Shown here: positions 1 through 7,489 of the stretch, one piece after another
Layout of the letters: each line of letters opens with the position of its first letter
Position numbering within the stretch: position 1 is the stretch's first letter
Assembly: GCA_963814965.1 (NCBI GenBank)
Contig: CAWFFA010000021.1
Span: 15,793-47,792 of the forward strand
Source of the DNA: an uncultured Verrucomicrobiae bacterium
Lineage (GTDB): Bacteria > Verrucomicrobiota > Verrucomicrobiia > Chthoniobacterales > UBA10450
Length of the DNA: 32,000 nucleotides
Direction of reading: 5' to 3'
Program-made: the position numbers and the translations under genes
Notes under the pieces: generated by a model
Seen by the model: only the letters and a program-made list of their open reading frames with translations
What the model was told of the DNA's origin: nothing
The model's database searches: none

Positions 1-1350
1 GGTGTTGTCGCGATCAAGCTGCGCGTTGGTGATTTGGACTTTCGGGGACGCGAGCGCTTTGAGATCGTTGTAAATCTTTTCGACCTCCGGTGTGTAGAGC
101 GCGAGTTGGGCGCGTTCCTTCAACAGATATTTCGCCGCTGCTTCCAGATCTTTTTCCGCCAGCGAAATCGTCACGGTCGCGAATTGGACCTGCGAATCCC
201 AGAACTTGAGATCACCCTGCATCTTCTCGATCTCTTCCCGCACCCGACCGAGTTCTTTCTCGACCTGGAGTAGATCGCTGATGTCGTCGCTCTTCTTCTT
301 CAACATGTCGATCAAGCGCTGCTCCATCACTCGCGCGTTTTTCAGGCGCGCTTCGGTATCGAAATAATTCTTGGTGATGTCTTCCGTGCCGAGTGTTTGA
401 TTCTTCAATTCGCCGAGCCCACGGATCTTTTGCAGAAACCGATCGAGATTTTCGGGAAGAACTTTGACCACGATCTGCCCCTTGAGTTTCCCATTCTCCT
501 GTTTTTCCGAGCTCGTCGTCGCGACGTAGCCTTTTTCTTCAGCCGCAAACGCGGTGATCTTCTGAAGTGCTTGATCGAAACTGACGATCTCGAGATCAAC
601 CGTCGCGTAGCGGGTCAATTTTCGGTTGGCGAGTGCTGGACTTGTTGCGGTAGTCGATGCCGTGTCGTCGCGGCGATAGGCATCCACCGGATTTTGCGCG
701 ACCTCTTCGGGGGTGGGGGTATCCGATCCCGTGACGACAACTCGTTCCTTAGTCGACGCAAGAGCCTTCTCTTCGTAAAGATGTGCAACTTCTGGTCGGG
801 CCAACCCGCCGGTTGCGGTTGCGGGAGGCGGTGGTGCCGCAACAGTTGCATCTCTGCTGTCACTCAGTGCACGAAACCCGTTCGCTTTTGCTCGGCCGCC
901 ATCAGATTTCGCGAGATCAGCCTCTCTGTCTTGTGCCTCCATGGGAGCAACAGACTGCTCGAGTGCAAAAGACTCGCCTCTGCCACCGAACAAGTGCTCA
1001 CCGGTCATGATCCTGCCGACTTGAACAAGGGCCAGGAGTAACGCCGCCACGCCTGCCAGCTGAGTTGCGCGCGAATGCAGGAGGTTGAACAGAGGTCCTC
1101 CGAAACTTCCTGCACGGTCGGGAATACGATTGCGAAAGGCAGCCAGCATTCGATTCTCGAACGCGATGTCCGGTTTTTCGTTTTCGCATTTTTCTTCCAG
1201 AACTTTGTTCATGACTTTGGTTTCCTGATGAGCCTGGCGACAGTCAGCGCACTCGACGAGGTGGATGTGCAACGCGTTGCGTTCCTGTTCGGAAAGCTCG
1301 TTGTGCAGATCCGCCGCCAGAAATTCGTCGATGTTGTCGTGAATGGTCAT
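1..1350 (-). CDS. Anti-sigma factor with a zf-HC2 N-terminus, one TM segment and a DUF4349-like C-terminal domain; the C-terminus lies beyond the window start
   Basis: The frame is open to the window edge, so it is absent from the ORF track. My own translation from the ATG at 1350-1348 gives MTIHDNIDEFLAADLHNELSEQERNALHIHLVECADCRQAH (H-x3-C-x2-C). This is followed by the TM segment ATQLAGVAALLLALVQVG and a long extracytoplasmic region. The start forms an ATGA overlap with the stop of the upstream ECF sigma gene. Confidence 0.75.
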   Translation of the reverse strand, partial: MTIHDNIDEFLAADLHNELSEQERNALHIHLVECADCRQAHQETKVMNKVLEEKCENEKPDIAFENRMLAAFRNRIPDRAGSFGGPLFNLLHSRATQLAGVAALLLALVQVGRIMTGEHLFGGRGESFALEQSVAPMEAQDREADLAKSDGGRAKANGFRALSDSRDATVAAPPPPATATGGLARPEVAHLYEEKALASTKERVVVTGSDTPTPEEVAQNPVDAYRRDDTASTTATSPALANRKLTRYATVDLEIVSFDQALQKITAFAAEEKGYVATTSSEKQENGKLKGQIVVKVLPENLDRFLQKIRGLGELKNQTLGTEDITKNYFDTEARLKNARVMEQRLIDMLKKKSDDISDLLQVEKELGRVREEIEKMQGDLKFWDSQVQFATVTISLAEKDLEAAAKYLLKERAQLALYTPEVEKIYNDLKALASPKVQITNAQLDRDNT

Positions 1351-1886
1351 GGTTGTTCGGAGGCGAGAGCGGGTTTGAGTTGTTTGCGCAACGTGGCGAG
1401 CGCGCGCCCGAGAATTCCGCGAAGAGAGCCGTTGGTCAGGCCGAGCCGATTTTCGATGGTCGTGTAATCGAGTTCCTCAAAATAACGCAGAGCGAGAGCG
1501 CTTCGGTGAAGCTCGGGCAACGCCGCAAGCGCGGAGTGAAGCTGTCGATCTAATTCAGTCGTATCGGTCGTCCCGAATTCGGTTGATTCGTGGGTTTCGT
1601 GGGCAAAGGAAGTCGTTCGCCGTTTGCGAAAAACATCGCGAGCCCGATGGCGCGCGATCATGCAAAGCCACGCCGGAAACTTTTCCGGATCGCGGACCCG
1701 CCAACGCGATTTCCAGGCCTTAACCAGCGCGTCCTGGACGGCGTCCTCGGCTTCCTCGCGATTTTGGAGAATGCCGTAGGCGATGGCAAAAAGCGGGCGG
1801 CTATGGGTCCGGATGATCATTTCAAATGCCTCGCGATCGCCGTGAATGGCTGCCCGGTAAGTTTCGCGCTCATTGGCGTCCATCAT
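1347..1886 (-). CDS. ECF-type RNA polymerase sigma-70 family factor
   Basis: The 179-aa ORF has a region 2-like segment (DAVQDALVKAW ... FPAWLCMIARHRARD) and a region 4 HTH (LDYTTIENRLGLTNGSLRGILGRA). It is followed by the overlapping anti-sigma gene. Confidence 0.9.
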   Translation of the reverse strand: MMDANERETYRAAIHGDREAFEMIIRTHSRPLFAIAYGILQNREEAEDAVQDALVKAWKSRWRVRDPEKFPAWLCMIARHRARDVFRKRRTTSFAHETHESTEFGTTDTTELDRQLHSALAALPELHRSALALRYFEELDYTTIENRLGLTNGSLRGILGRALATLRKQLKPALASEQP

Positions 1887-2089
1887 GTTGATCTAAAGCC
1901 TAGACGCCGCAGTTGCCGATTCCGCGCGAAAAAACTCTAGATTTTTTAGCTAGGGGCGGTTGATTCGCTCGCTTCCCACTCGCTCACCCTCTCGGGCTTT
2001 CCCGTCCATGTCGCTCGGCTCCCGCCGGCTCCATTCACCGAACCGCCATGGCGATTGAGGTCAATCGCCGCTACCTGGCACGGAAGAGA

Positions 2090-3139
2090 TCAAAAAATAA
2101 TCACGGTATTGCCAACGCTGATGACGTCCTTAACCCGAATGGCATCCCAGTTGGCCAGTCGAATGCAGCCGTGACTGGAAGCCCGACCAATCGTCTCCGG
2201 ATTGTTTGTGCCATGAATGCCGATTCCCGGCTTGTCCAAGCCCATCCAAACCACGCCGACCAGGTTATTCGGACCGGGCGGGAGATTGTAATATTCTTCG
2301 CTGCGAACGCCGTAGTTGAGCATCGCTTCGTCGTATCGGAACCACGGCCAGGTTGCTGCGCCAACGATTTTCCAGGTCCCAACCGGCGCGGGCAAGGTGG
2401 TCGAACCGGGCGTGATCGGGAAAACGCAGACCAGTTTATCGTTCTCGAAGACTTCGAGCAGGCGTTCAGTGGTGTCGACGTAGATTTTCCGGGCCGCGAA
2501 CGCCTTGACTGGCTTTAACTGGGATTCCTTCACCTTTTCGATTTCAAACGGCAACACGTTCGGAACTTTCAATTCGTCTCCGACCTCGAGATGGTCGCAA
2601 TCAAGGTCGCGGTCGCGATTGATCTTCCGAATATAATCTTCCGCGGAATGAAATCGCTCCGCGACGAACTCGAGCATTGTCGTGTATGGCAAAAACTTCA
2701 GCTTCGCCTGGCTCGGATGGTCCAACGGCAGTTCGCCGACGTAGGCGAGATCATCGCCTTTGATCGTGTAGGTCGTGAACGTCTGCGGCACTTGATCGAG
2801 CATCTGTTGATCGATTACGCCGGTCTCGCGTTGGGCGTGCGCGTGCTTGAATGAGATGAGCGCTTTCCGGAAAAACTCGCCCATCTTGCCGTCAATCTTT
2901 CCCGGACCGAACTCGTTGTTATCGAGAAAAATCTGGAGCCGAGTGGCCGTTTCCTCGTCGTAATTGGGAAGCGCGACGAAAACCTTGGGAGTCGGTTTGG
3001 GGGTTGGGGCCACCGGAGCCGGCGCGGGCTGCCGATAAGGCACGGCACGTACGGGCTGCTGCTTTGGCGGTGGCGCGCCAACCGCGCACAGGATCGCGCC
3101 CGAACAAATTGCGAAAGCCAACAGACGTCTCATCGGCAA
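2090..3139 (-). CDS. Secreted L,D-transpeptidase (YkuD domain) with a peptidoglycan-binding domain
   Basis: It has the catalytic signature GIHGTNNPETIGRASSHGCIRLANWD. It also has an N-terminal signal peptide and a PG-binding-like segment, TRLQIFLDNNEFGPGKIDGKMG. Confidence 0.9.
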   Translation of the reverse strand: MPMRRLLAFAICSGAILCAVGAPPPKQQPVRAVPYRQPAPAPVAPTPKPTPKVFVALPNYDEETATRLQIFLDNNEFGPGKIDGKMGEFFRKALISFKHAHAQRETGVIDQQMLDQVPQTFTTYTIKGDDLAYVGELPLDHPSQAKLKFLPYTTMLEFVAERFHSAEDYIRKINRDRDLDCDHLEVGDELKVPNVLPFEIEKVKESQLKPVKAFAARKIYVDTTERLLEVFENDKLVCVFPITPGSTTLPAPVGTWKIVGAATWPWFRYDEAMLNYGVRSEEYYNLPPGPNNLVGVVWMGLDKPGIGIHGTNNPETIGRASSHGCIRLANWDAIRVKDVISVGNTVIIF

Positions 3140-3171
3140 AAGTTATGCGCTGGAGAACCGCGTTGTGCAAC

Positions 3172-3606
3172 TTAGTAGATGCGATAATCGATCACCCGCC
3201 AACCGTCCGCTTGATCAATTAATATAACCCGCTCAGCGGTTGGGTTCTTGTGTTCGAAGTTCGTCTTGAAGAGCACAGTCTCGTAAATGCCGTCCGGCGC
3301 GCCCACGAATTTTTGAATGTGCGCGGCGCCGATGAATTTTCGGCCGATCGCTTTGCCAAACGGCGCGCGGCGTGCCTGCATTAAACGCACAAACTGACTT
3401 TGGGTTCGATTCATTCGGAAATCCTGCGCTTCGAATTCGAAGGCTTCTTCATAATCGCCTTGGTCAAGAAGCTCCAACCAGTGGATCGCCGCGGCGCGTG
3501 CTTCGATTTTGTATGTGCGTTCTTCCGAAGGCGGCACCAAATTCGATGCGCAACCGGGCAATAAGATCGACATCGCGCAGAAGGCGGCGAGAATTCCAGG
3601 TCGCAT
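3172..3606 (-). CDS. Lipoprotein, DUF4019-like
   Basis: The signal peptide carries the lipobox LLPGC. The family call is from memory of DUF4019-type sequences only. Confidence 0.55.
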   Translation of the reverse strand: MRPGILAAFCAMSILLPGCASNLVPPSEERTYKIEARAAAIHWLELLDQGDYEEAFEFEAQDFRMNRTQSQFVRLMQARRAPFGKAIGRKFIGAAHIQKFVGAPDGIYETVLFKTNFEHKNPTAERVILIDQADGWRVIDYRIY

Positions 3607-3663
3607 CCCGGGATTTCACCAAGAAATGTTGACTCGCGCAACCCCGCTGGAGTTTCTATTTCC

Positions 3664-4332
3664 ATGCCGAACTTCATTTTCGTAACCGGCGGCACTGGCT
3701 ACATCGGCTCGCGGCTGATTCCGCTTTTGCGGAAGCGCGGTTCTGAAATCAAAGCGCTTGTCCGAAGCGGTTCGGAGAGAGAATTACCGGCCGGTGTCAC
3801 CGGCTTGGTCGGCGATGCCTTGAAGATCGATTCCTACACTGAGCATGTTCGCGGCGCTGACACGTTTGTTCACCTCATCGGTGTTCCGCATCCCAGCCCG
3901 GCGAAGGCAAAACAATTTCACGACATCGATCTCGTTTCAATCCAGGTGGCGATCAAAGCCGCCCGGGAAGCCGGCATTCGGCATTTTGTTTATCTAAGCG
4001 TGGCCCACCCGGCGCCGATGATGCAGGAATTCATCGCTGTCCGAAGCGCGGGCGAACAAATGATTCGCGAAAGCGGTATCCCGGCGACATTTGTCAGGCC
4101 GTGGTACGTGCTCGGCCCGGAACATCGCTGGCCCTACGCGATTCTTCCCGTCTATTGGGTTCTGGAAAAACTGCCCAAGACCAGGCAATCAGCCGAACGA
4201 CTCGGCTTGGTCACGATCGACCAGATGTTGAGCGCGCTCGTTTGGTCCGTCGAAAACCCGCCGAGTGGAGTCCAAATTGTCGATGTTCCGAAAATTCGCG
4301 AGCTCAGCCGGACTTTGCCATTGCGCCGATGA
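3664..4332 (+). CDS. NAD(P)-binding Rossmann-fold protein (atypical SDR / NmrA-like epimerase family)
   Basis: The N-terminus has the glycine motif FVTGGTGYIGSRLI. The ORF is 222 aa. Confidence 0.8.
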   Translation: MPNFIFVTGGTGYIGSRLIPLLRKRGSEIKALVRSGSERELPAGVTGLVGDALKIDSYTEHVRGADTFVHLIGVPHPSPAKAKQFHDIDLVSIQVAIKAAREAGIRHFVYLSVAHPAPMMQEFIAVRSAGEQMIRESGIPATFVRPWYVLGPEHRWPYAILPVYWVLEKLPKTRQSAERLGLVTIDQMLSALVWSVENPPSGVQIVDVPKIRELSRTLPLRR

Positions 4333-4462
4333 GAATGAGAACGCCGGCCGCCAATCCAATCAGATAAAGCAAAAAGATAAACGGACCGAGGTTCAGTCCA
4401 AAGCCGAGCAGGCTGTCCACGATCAAGTAAAGCGCGAGCAGGATCATTCCGAGTTTCTTCAT
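4304..4462 (-). CDS. Small (52 aa) two-TM hydrophobic protein, paralog of 10446-10595
   Basis: It is below the ORF-track size cutoff. My own translation is MKKLGMILLALYLIVDSLLGFGLNLGPFIFLLYLIGLAAGVLILIGAMAKSG. It shares the blocks GMxLLAxYLI and AGVxILIG with the second copy. Confidence 0.5.
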   Translation of the reverse strand: MKKLGMILLALYLIVDSLLGFGLNLGPFIFLLYLIGLAAGVLILIGAMAKSG

Positions 4463-4478
4463 GACTTAAACTGGTTTA

Positions 4479-4499
4479 GTAGCCGCTGTCCTCAGCGGC
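4479..4499 (+). repeat. REP-like unit: GTAG head plus a 7-bp hairpin
   Basis: The sequence is GTAG overlapping GCCGCTG-tcct-CAGCGGC, a perfect stem. Confidence 0.4.
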
Positions 4500-4516
4500 A
4501 ATCCAAAACGACTTGT

Positions 4517-4674
4517 CTGGGGAGCGCACGCGCCCTCGCGTGCTGGCGATTACGCCCTCGCAATCGCGAACTTCTTCTTCGATCTCTGAAAATCTGACTT
4601 TTCCCCAGCTATCACGTCAAAATGATTTCGGCGGGGCGCCGCAATCGGCACGCGAGGGCGCATGCGCTCCCCAG
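4517..4674. repeat. MITE/REPIN-like element: two inverted arms of about 45 nt around a roughly 70-nt spacer
   Basis: The left arm is CTGGGGAGCGCACGCGCCCTCGCGTGCTGGCGATTACGCCCTCGC. The reverse complement of the right arm is CTGGGGAGCGCATGCGCCCTCGCGTGCCGATTGCGGCGCCCCGC. Each arm contains its own hairpin, GCA(C/T)GCG-ccct-CGCGTGC. Confidence 0.6.
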
Positions 4675-4676
4675 AG

Positions 4677-6277
4677 CTACAATGTCTTTAAGTACTCGAT
4701 CAGATCGTGTTTGTCGTTGTCGGACAATTTCGTCCCGTAGTCGTGACCGGAATTTGAATTGCCGCTGCCGGCGGTATCGAGAACGTAGGAACCTTCGTCG
4801 GTGTAACCCATTTCGTTTTCATCGAAGACCCGAGAGCCGCGATGAAACGTTTTCGCGCGTTGCCCGGGGGAGGTGAGGAGCTCGTGCATCGTCCTCACCG
4901 ATCCGTTGTGGAGATACGGGGATCGCGCCCAAACACCACTCAGCGTCGCGGCCCAATATTTTCCAGTGCTGCGAACGCCGGCTTCCTTGGGCGGCTGATA
5001 ACCTTCGCTTTCAAGGTCGGCCAGGAATTTATTGAAACCGTCGGCGAGCTTTTGAGTGAACATTTCTGCGCGGTGTGGATCGGTCCCGACATCCGCGACC
5101 GCGAACAATCGTTTGTCACTCTCAGGACCGCCGTGGCAGGCGTTGCAATTCTGCGCGAACAGCGGCGCGCCGCGCTTTGCTGATTCGTCGTCGAGCTTGA
5201 ATGGATATTTTGGCGGCGCAATTTTCTCCGAGAGATCGGTCTGGCGCTTCACGTCCGCGAAAATCAAGTCGCCGTGTTTCCCGTGCATCGGCGCGCCGAG
5301 ACCAAATTACGCGCGATCGGCGATTTCGTATTCCCGTCCCAATGGACCCAGGTCCGCTTTTCGATGTTCCAAACCAAACCGAATTTGATTGGTGAATACG
5401 GTTGCGGCGAATTCAATAGGCTCGCAGCCAGCAAACCGAACGCGTCGTTGCGTCCGGGACCGGATTGCGGCGGGACTTTATCGGGCGGTTGATCTGGAAC
5501 GTGCAACGCCGCACGCATATTGTGAAACAGCCTGAGCATCGCGTGTGCGCGTGCAGCAAGATGAAGATCCAATATCACATCATCCGGTTCGATTTTATGC
5601 AGTTCGCCGGCGGGAATACCTTTGGCGCCAAACGGATCATCGTTCATCGTCGCGACGATCTCTTGTTCCTGCTCCTGCCAGGACTTGTTGAAGACGTCTG
5701 GGATAGCGACGTCGAGATAAGCAGCGAGAAACTTCTTCATGTTCGCAGGGTCGGAGGTCTTAAACGTCGCAACGAGGACCGATCCGTAAAACCCTTCGAC
5801 GTTGAAATGACTGGTCACGCCGAGGATCCGGATGGGTTGCTCTTGGAGGGACGGGCTCCGTCCCGTCCCGGACGACACGGAGGTCGTCCCTCCATTGGTA
5901 CGGGTAATTTCTGCTACGTGACATGACGCGCAATTGATTCCGACGGCGGACAGGTTGCCGAGGTGCTGAACATTTTTGCGTGAGAATCCGATCGGCCAGC
6001 CGAACGCCTTATCCGGAATCAATCCGAGATGAGTAAGGTCCGAGCTGGGAAATAAATCGGGATAAGTCTTGATGAATGCCCGGAGCACGGATTCCGGCAC
6101 GACCTCGGTGCTCATCGAGCCGTGAAGAAAGAAGTTCAAATCATCCTTGGACCAACTTGGAGCCTGTTGGTGCGCCACCGCAACATTCGGCGCGTTCTCC
6201 GCGACGGACCTTTGAAAACTGCCGCCAGAGACAACGGCAGCTACCACGCACGCGGCGCAAACTCGCCCCAATTGCAT
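4677..6277 (-). pseudogene. Di-haem c-type cytochrome (RoxA/cytochrome c peroxidase-like family) split by a frameshift
   Basis: ORFs 5264-6277 (haem motif CASCH) and 4677-5288 (haem motif CNACH) overlap by 25 nt in different frames. The upstream ORF carries the signal peptide. Together they give about 530 aa. Confidence 0.65.
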
Positions 6278-6287
6278 GGGCTAGGAT

Positions 6288-6890
6288 TTAGCGAGAGCCG
6301 TTTGAAATTTCAACGCGAATTAAACCGGTTGTTTCAGGGCGCACCATGAATGCTTCGACCCAACCATCGTTGCGGTAGAAAAACTGTTCGTATCGCCAAA
6401 GCATTTCCAGTTTCGAGCCATTTGGTTTCTTCCAGGTAAGCCTCCGATAAATGTAGCGTTTCCATTTTGGTGAATTGCCTGTCATGAAGTTCACCTCGAA
6501 AAAGTTCGGCCAAGCCAGCGCGCTATGTTCGATCAAAATCGTAGCCGTGTCGTCACCCGGCACTTTCGCTGCAAGCTTGTCGTCTTGCGGCAGCGTCGGT
6601 CCAAACGGGAAAACGTTTCCACCAAACGACAATGCAAGCTGTCCATCTTTGGTCGTGCCCATATTCGGTTTTGGACCGCCAAAAACCCTTTCGTCGAGCG
6701 TTAGATCAACGTCTGCAACGTGTAAAACTCCGCCACTTCCAGTGCCTTCGTAACTTATCGCGGCAATTGGTCGCGAGCTTGTTTCGATTGTCTTAAACCG
6801 ATCGACGACTCCAGTTAAGTCGCGTCCCCGCCACAGCCACGCCACCGACAGGGCGATGATGATCAACAGCGCGACTAAAATCTTACGCAT
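6288..6890 (-). CDS. Hypothetical protein with an N-terminal membrane anchor
   Basis: The 200-aa ORF has the N-terminal TM segment ILVALLIIIALSVAWLW. It ends 10 nt upstream of the cytochrome gene. I recognise no family. Confidence 0.55.
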   Translation of the reverse strand: MRKILVALLIIIALSVAWLWRGRDLTGVVDRFKTIETSSRPIAAISYEGTGSGGVLHVADVDLTLDERVFGGPKPNMGTTKDGQLALSFGGNVFPFGPTLPQDDKLAAKVPGDDTATILIEHSALAWPNFFEVNFMTGNSPKWKRYIYRRLTWKKPNGSKLEMLWRYEQFFYRNDGWVEAFMVRPETTGLIRVEISNGSR

Positions 6891-6896
6891 CTGATT

Positions 6897-6922
6897 GGTG
6901 TAGCCACGGCGCTGTGCGCCGT
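6897..6922 (+). repeat. REP (type 1), 5' flank of RAYT-1
   Basis: The sequence is GGTGTAGCC + ACGGCGC-tgt-GCGCCGT. Confidence 0.65.
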
Positions 6923-6970
6923 CTGCATTGGGTATTGCGAGTTTCCGAAGTTCCGACTTACCCTGCGCTT

Positions 6971-7447
6971 GTGCCCCCCAAAAAGTTTGGCCGGCGTCCG
7001 CCGCGTCTCGACGAGATCTTTCAACGTTATGATTCGCCGGTTTATTTCGTCACCTTTTGCACGCATCGCCGTAAACCGATTCTTGTCTCAAAGAGAATCC
7101 ATTCTGCCTTCGTTGAGTTTGCCCGCCGCGCAGTCGAATTCAATGTCGCAGTTGGCCGCTATGTCATCATGCCAGATCACGTGCATCTGTTTGTATGTGG
7201 AGATGACGAATTTGTCCTCAGCCGCTGGATTACCGGTCTGAAACAAGCGCTCGCGCGAGCGAACGCTTGGTCGAGGAACAACGGCCAGATCTGGCAGGAA
7301 GGATTCTTCGATCATATTCTGCGTAACGACGAAAGCATGAATCAAAAGTGGGAATACGTTGTTCAGAATCCAGTGCGCGCCGGATTAGTCAAAAACGCTG
7401 AAGATTGGCCTTACCAGGGAGAAGTCGTCATCATTGACCGCGTATGA
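6971..7447 (+). CDS. REP-associated tyrosine transposase (RAYT, IS200/IS605 Y1 HUH family)
   Basis: It has an HUH motif in IMPDHVHLF and the catalytic-Tyr helix KWEYVVQNPVRAGLV. The track start at 6914 is a GTG inside the REP hairpin loop, so I prefer the in-frame GTG at 6971 (VPPKKFGRRPPRLDEIFQ). Confidence 0.85.
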   Translation: MPPKKFGRRPPRLDEIFQRYDSPVYFVTFCTHRRKPILVSKRIHSAFVEFARRAVEFNVAVGRYVIMPDHVHLFVCGDDEFVLSRWITGLKQALARANAWSRNNGQIWQEGFFDHILRNDESMNQKWEYVVQNPVRAGLVKNAEDWPYQGEVVIIDRV

Positions 7448-7459
7448 TCTGTGGAAAGA

Positions 7460-7485
7460 ACGGCCCACAGGGCCGTGGCTACACC
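7460..7485 (-). repeat. REP (type 1), 3' flank of RAYT-1, inverted relative to 6897-6922
   Basis: Its reverse complement is GGTGTAGCC + ACGGCCC-tgt-GGGCCGT. The head is the same as in 6897-6922, and the stem differs by compensatory changes. Confidence 0.65.
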
Positions 7486-7489
7486 GCGG

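Noticed and set aside
397-1041. This is a long antisense or alternative-frame ORF. Others of the same kind are 7451-8233, 11429-11887, 20633-21226, 29664-30218, 30819-31328, 15329-15766 and 13963-14442.
   Set aside because: Each lies opposite or out of frame to a gene with strong family motifs. Their translations are Arg/Pro/Ser-rich and lack recognisable domains.
1902-1923. This is a possible autoregulated ECF promoter upstream of the sigma gene, with GGAATC and CGTCT on the minus strand.
   Set aside because: Only 12 nt separate the two boxes, whereas ECF promoters need about 16-17. The -10-like box is only 18 nt from the ATG.
1965-2016. The word TCGCTC occurs three times (1965, 1980 and 2011) between the ldt and sigma genes.
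   Set aside because: It is a short hexamer with irregular spacing (15 and 31 nt) in GC-rich DNA, and could easily arise by chance.
2047-2070. The hairpin GGCGATTG-aggt-CAATCGCC lies just after the L,D-transpeptidase stop.
   Set aside because: The 8-bp stem has no following U-run on the minus strand. It might be a Rho-independent terminator variant, but that is not supportable from sequence alone.
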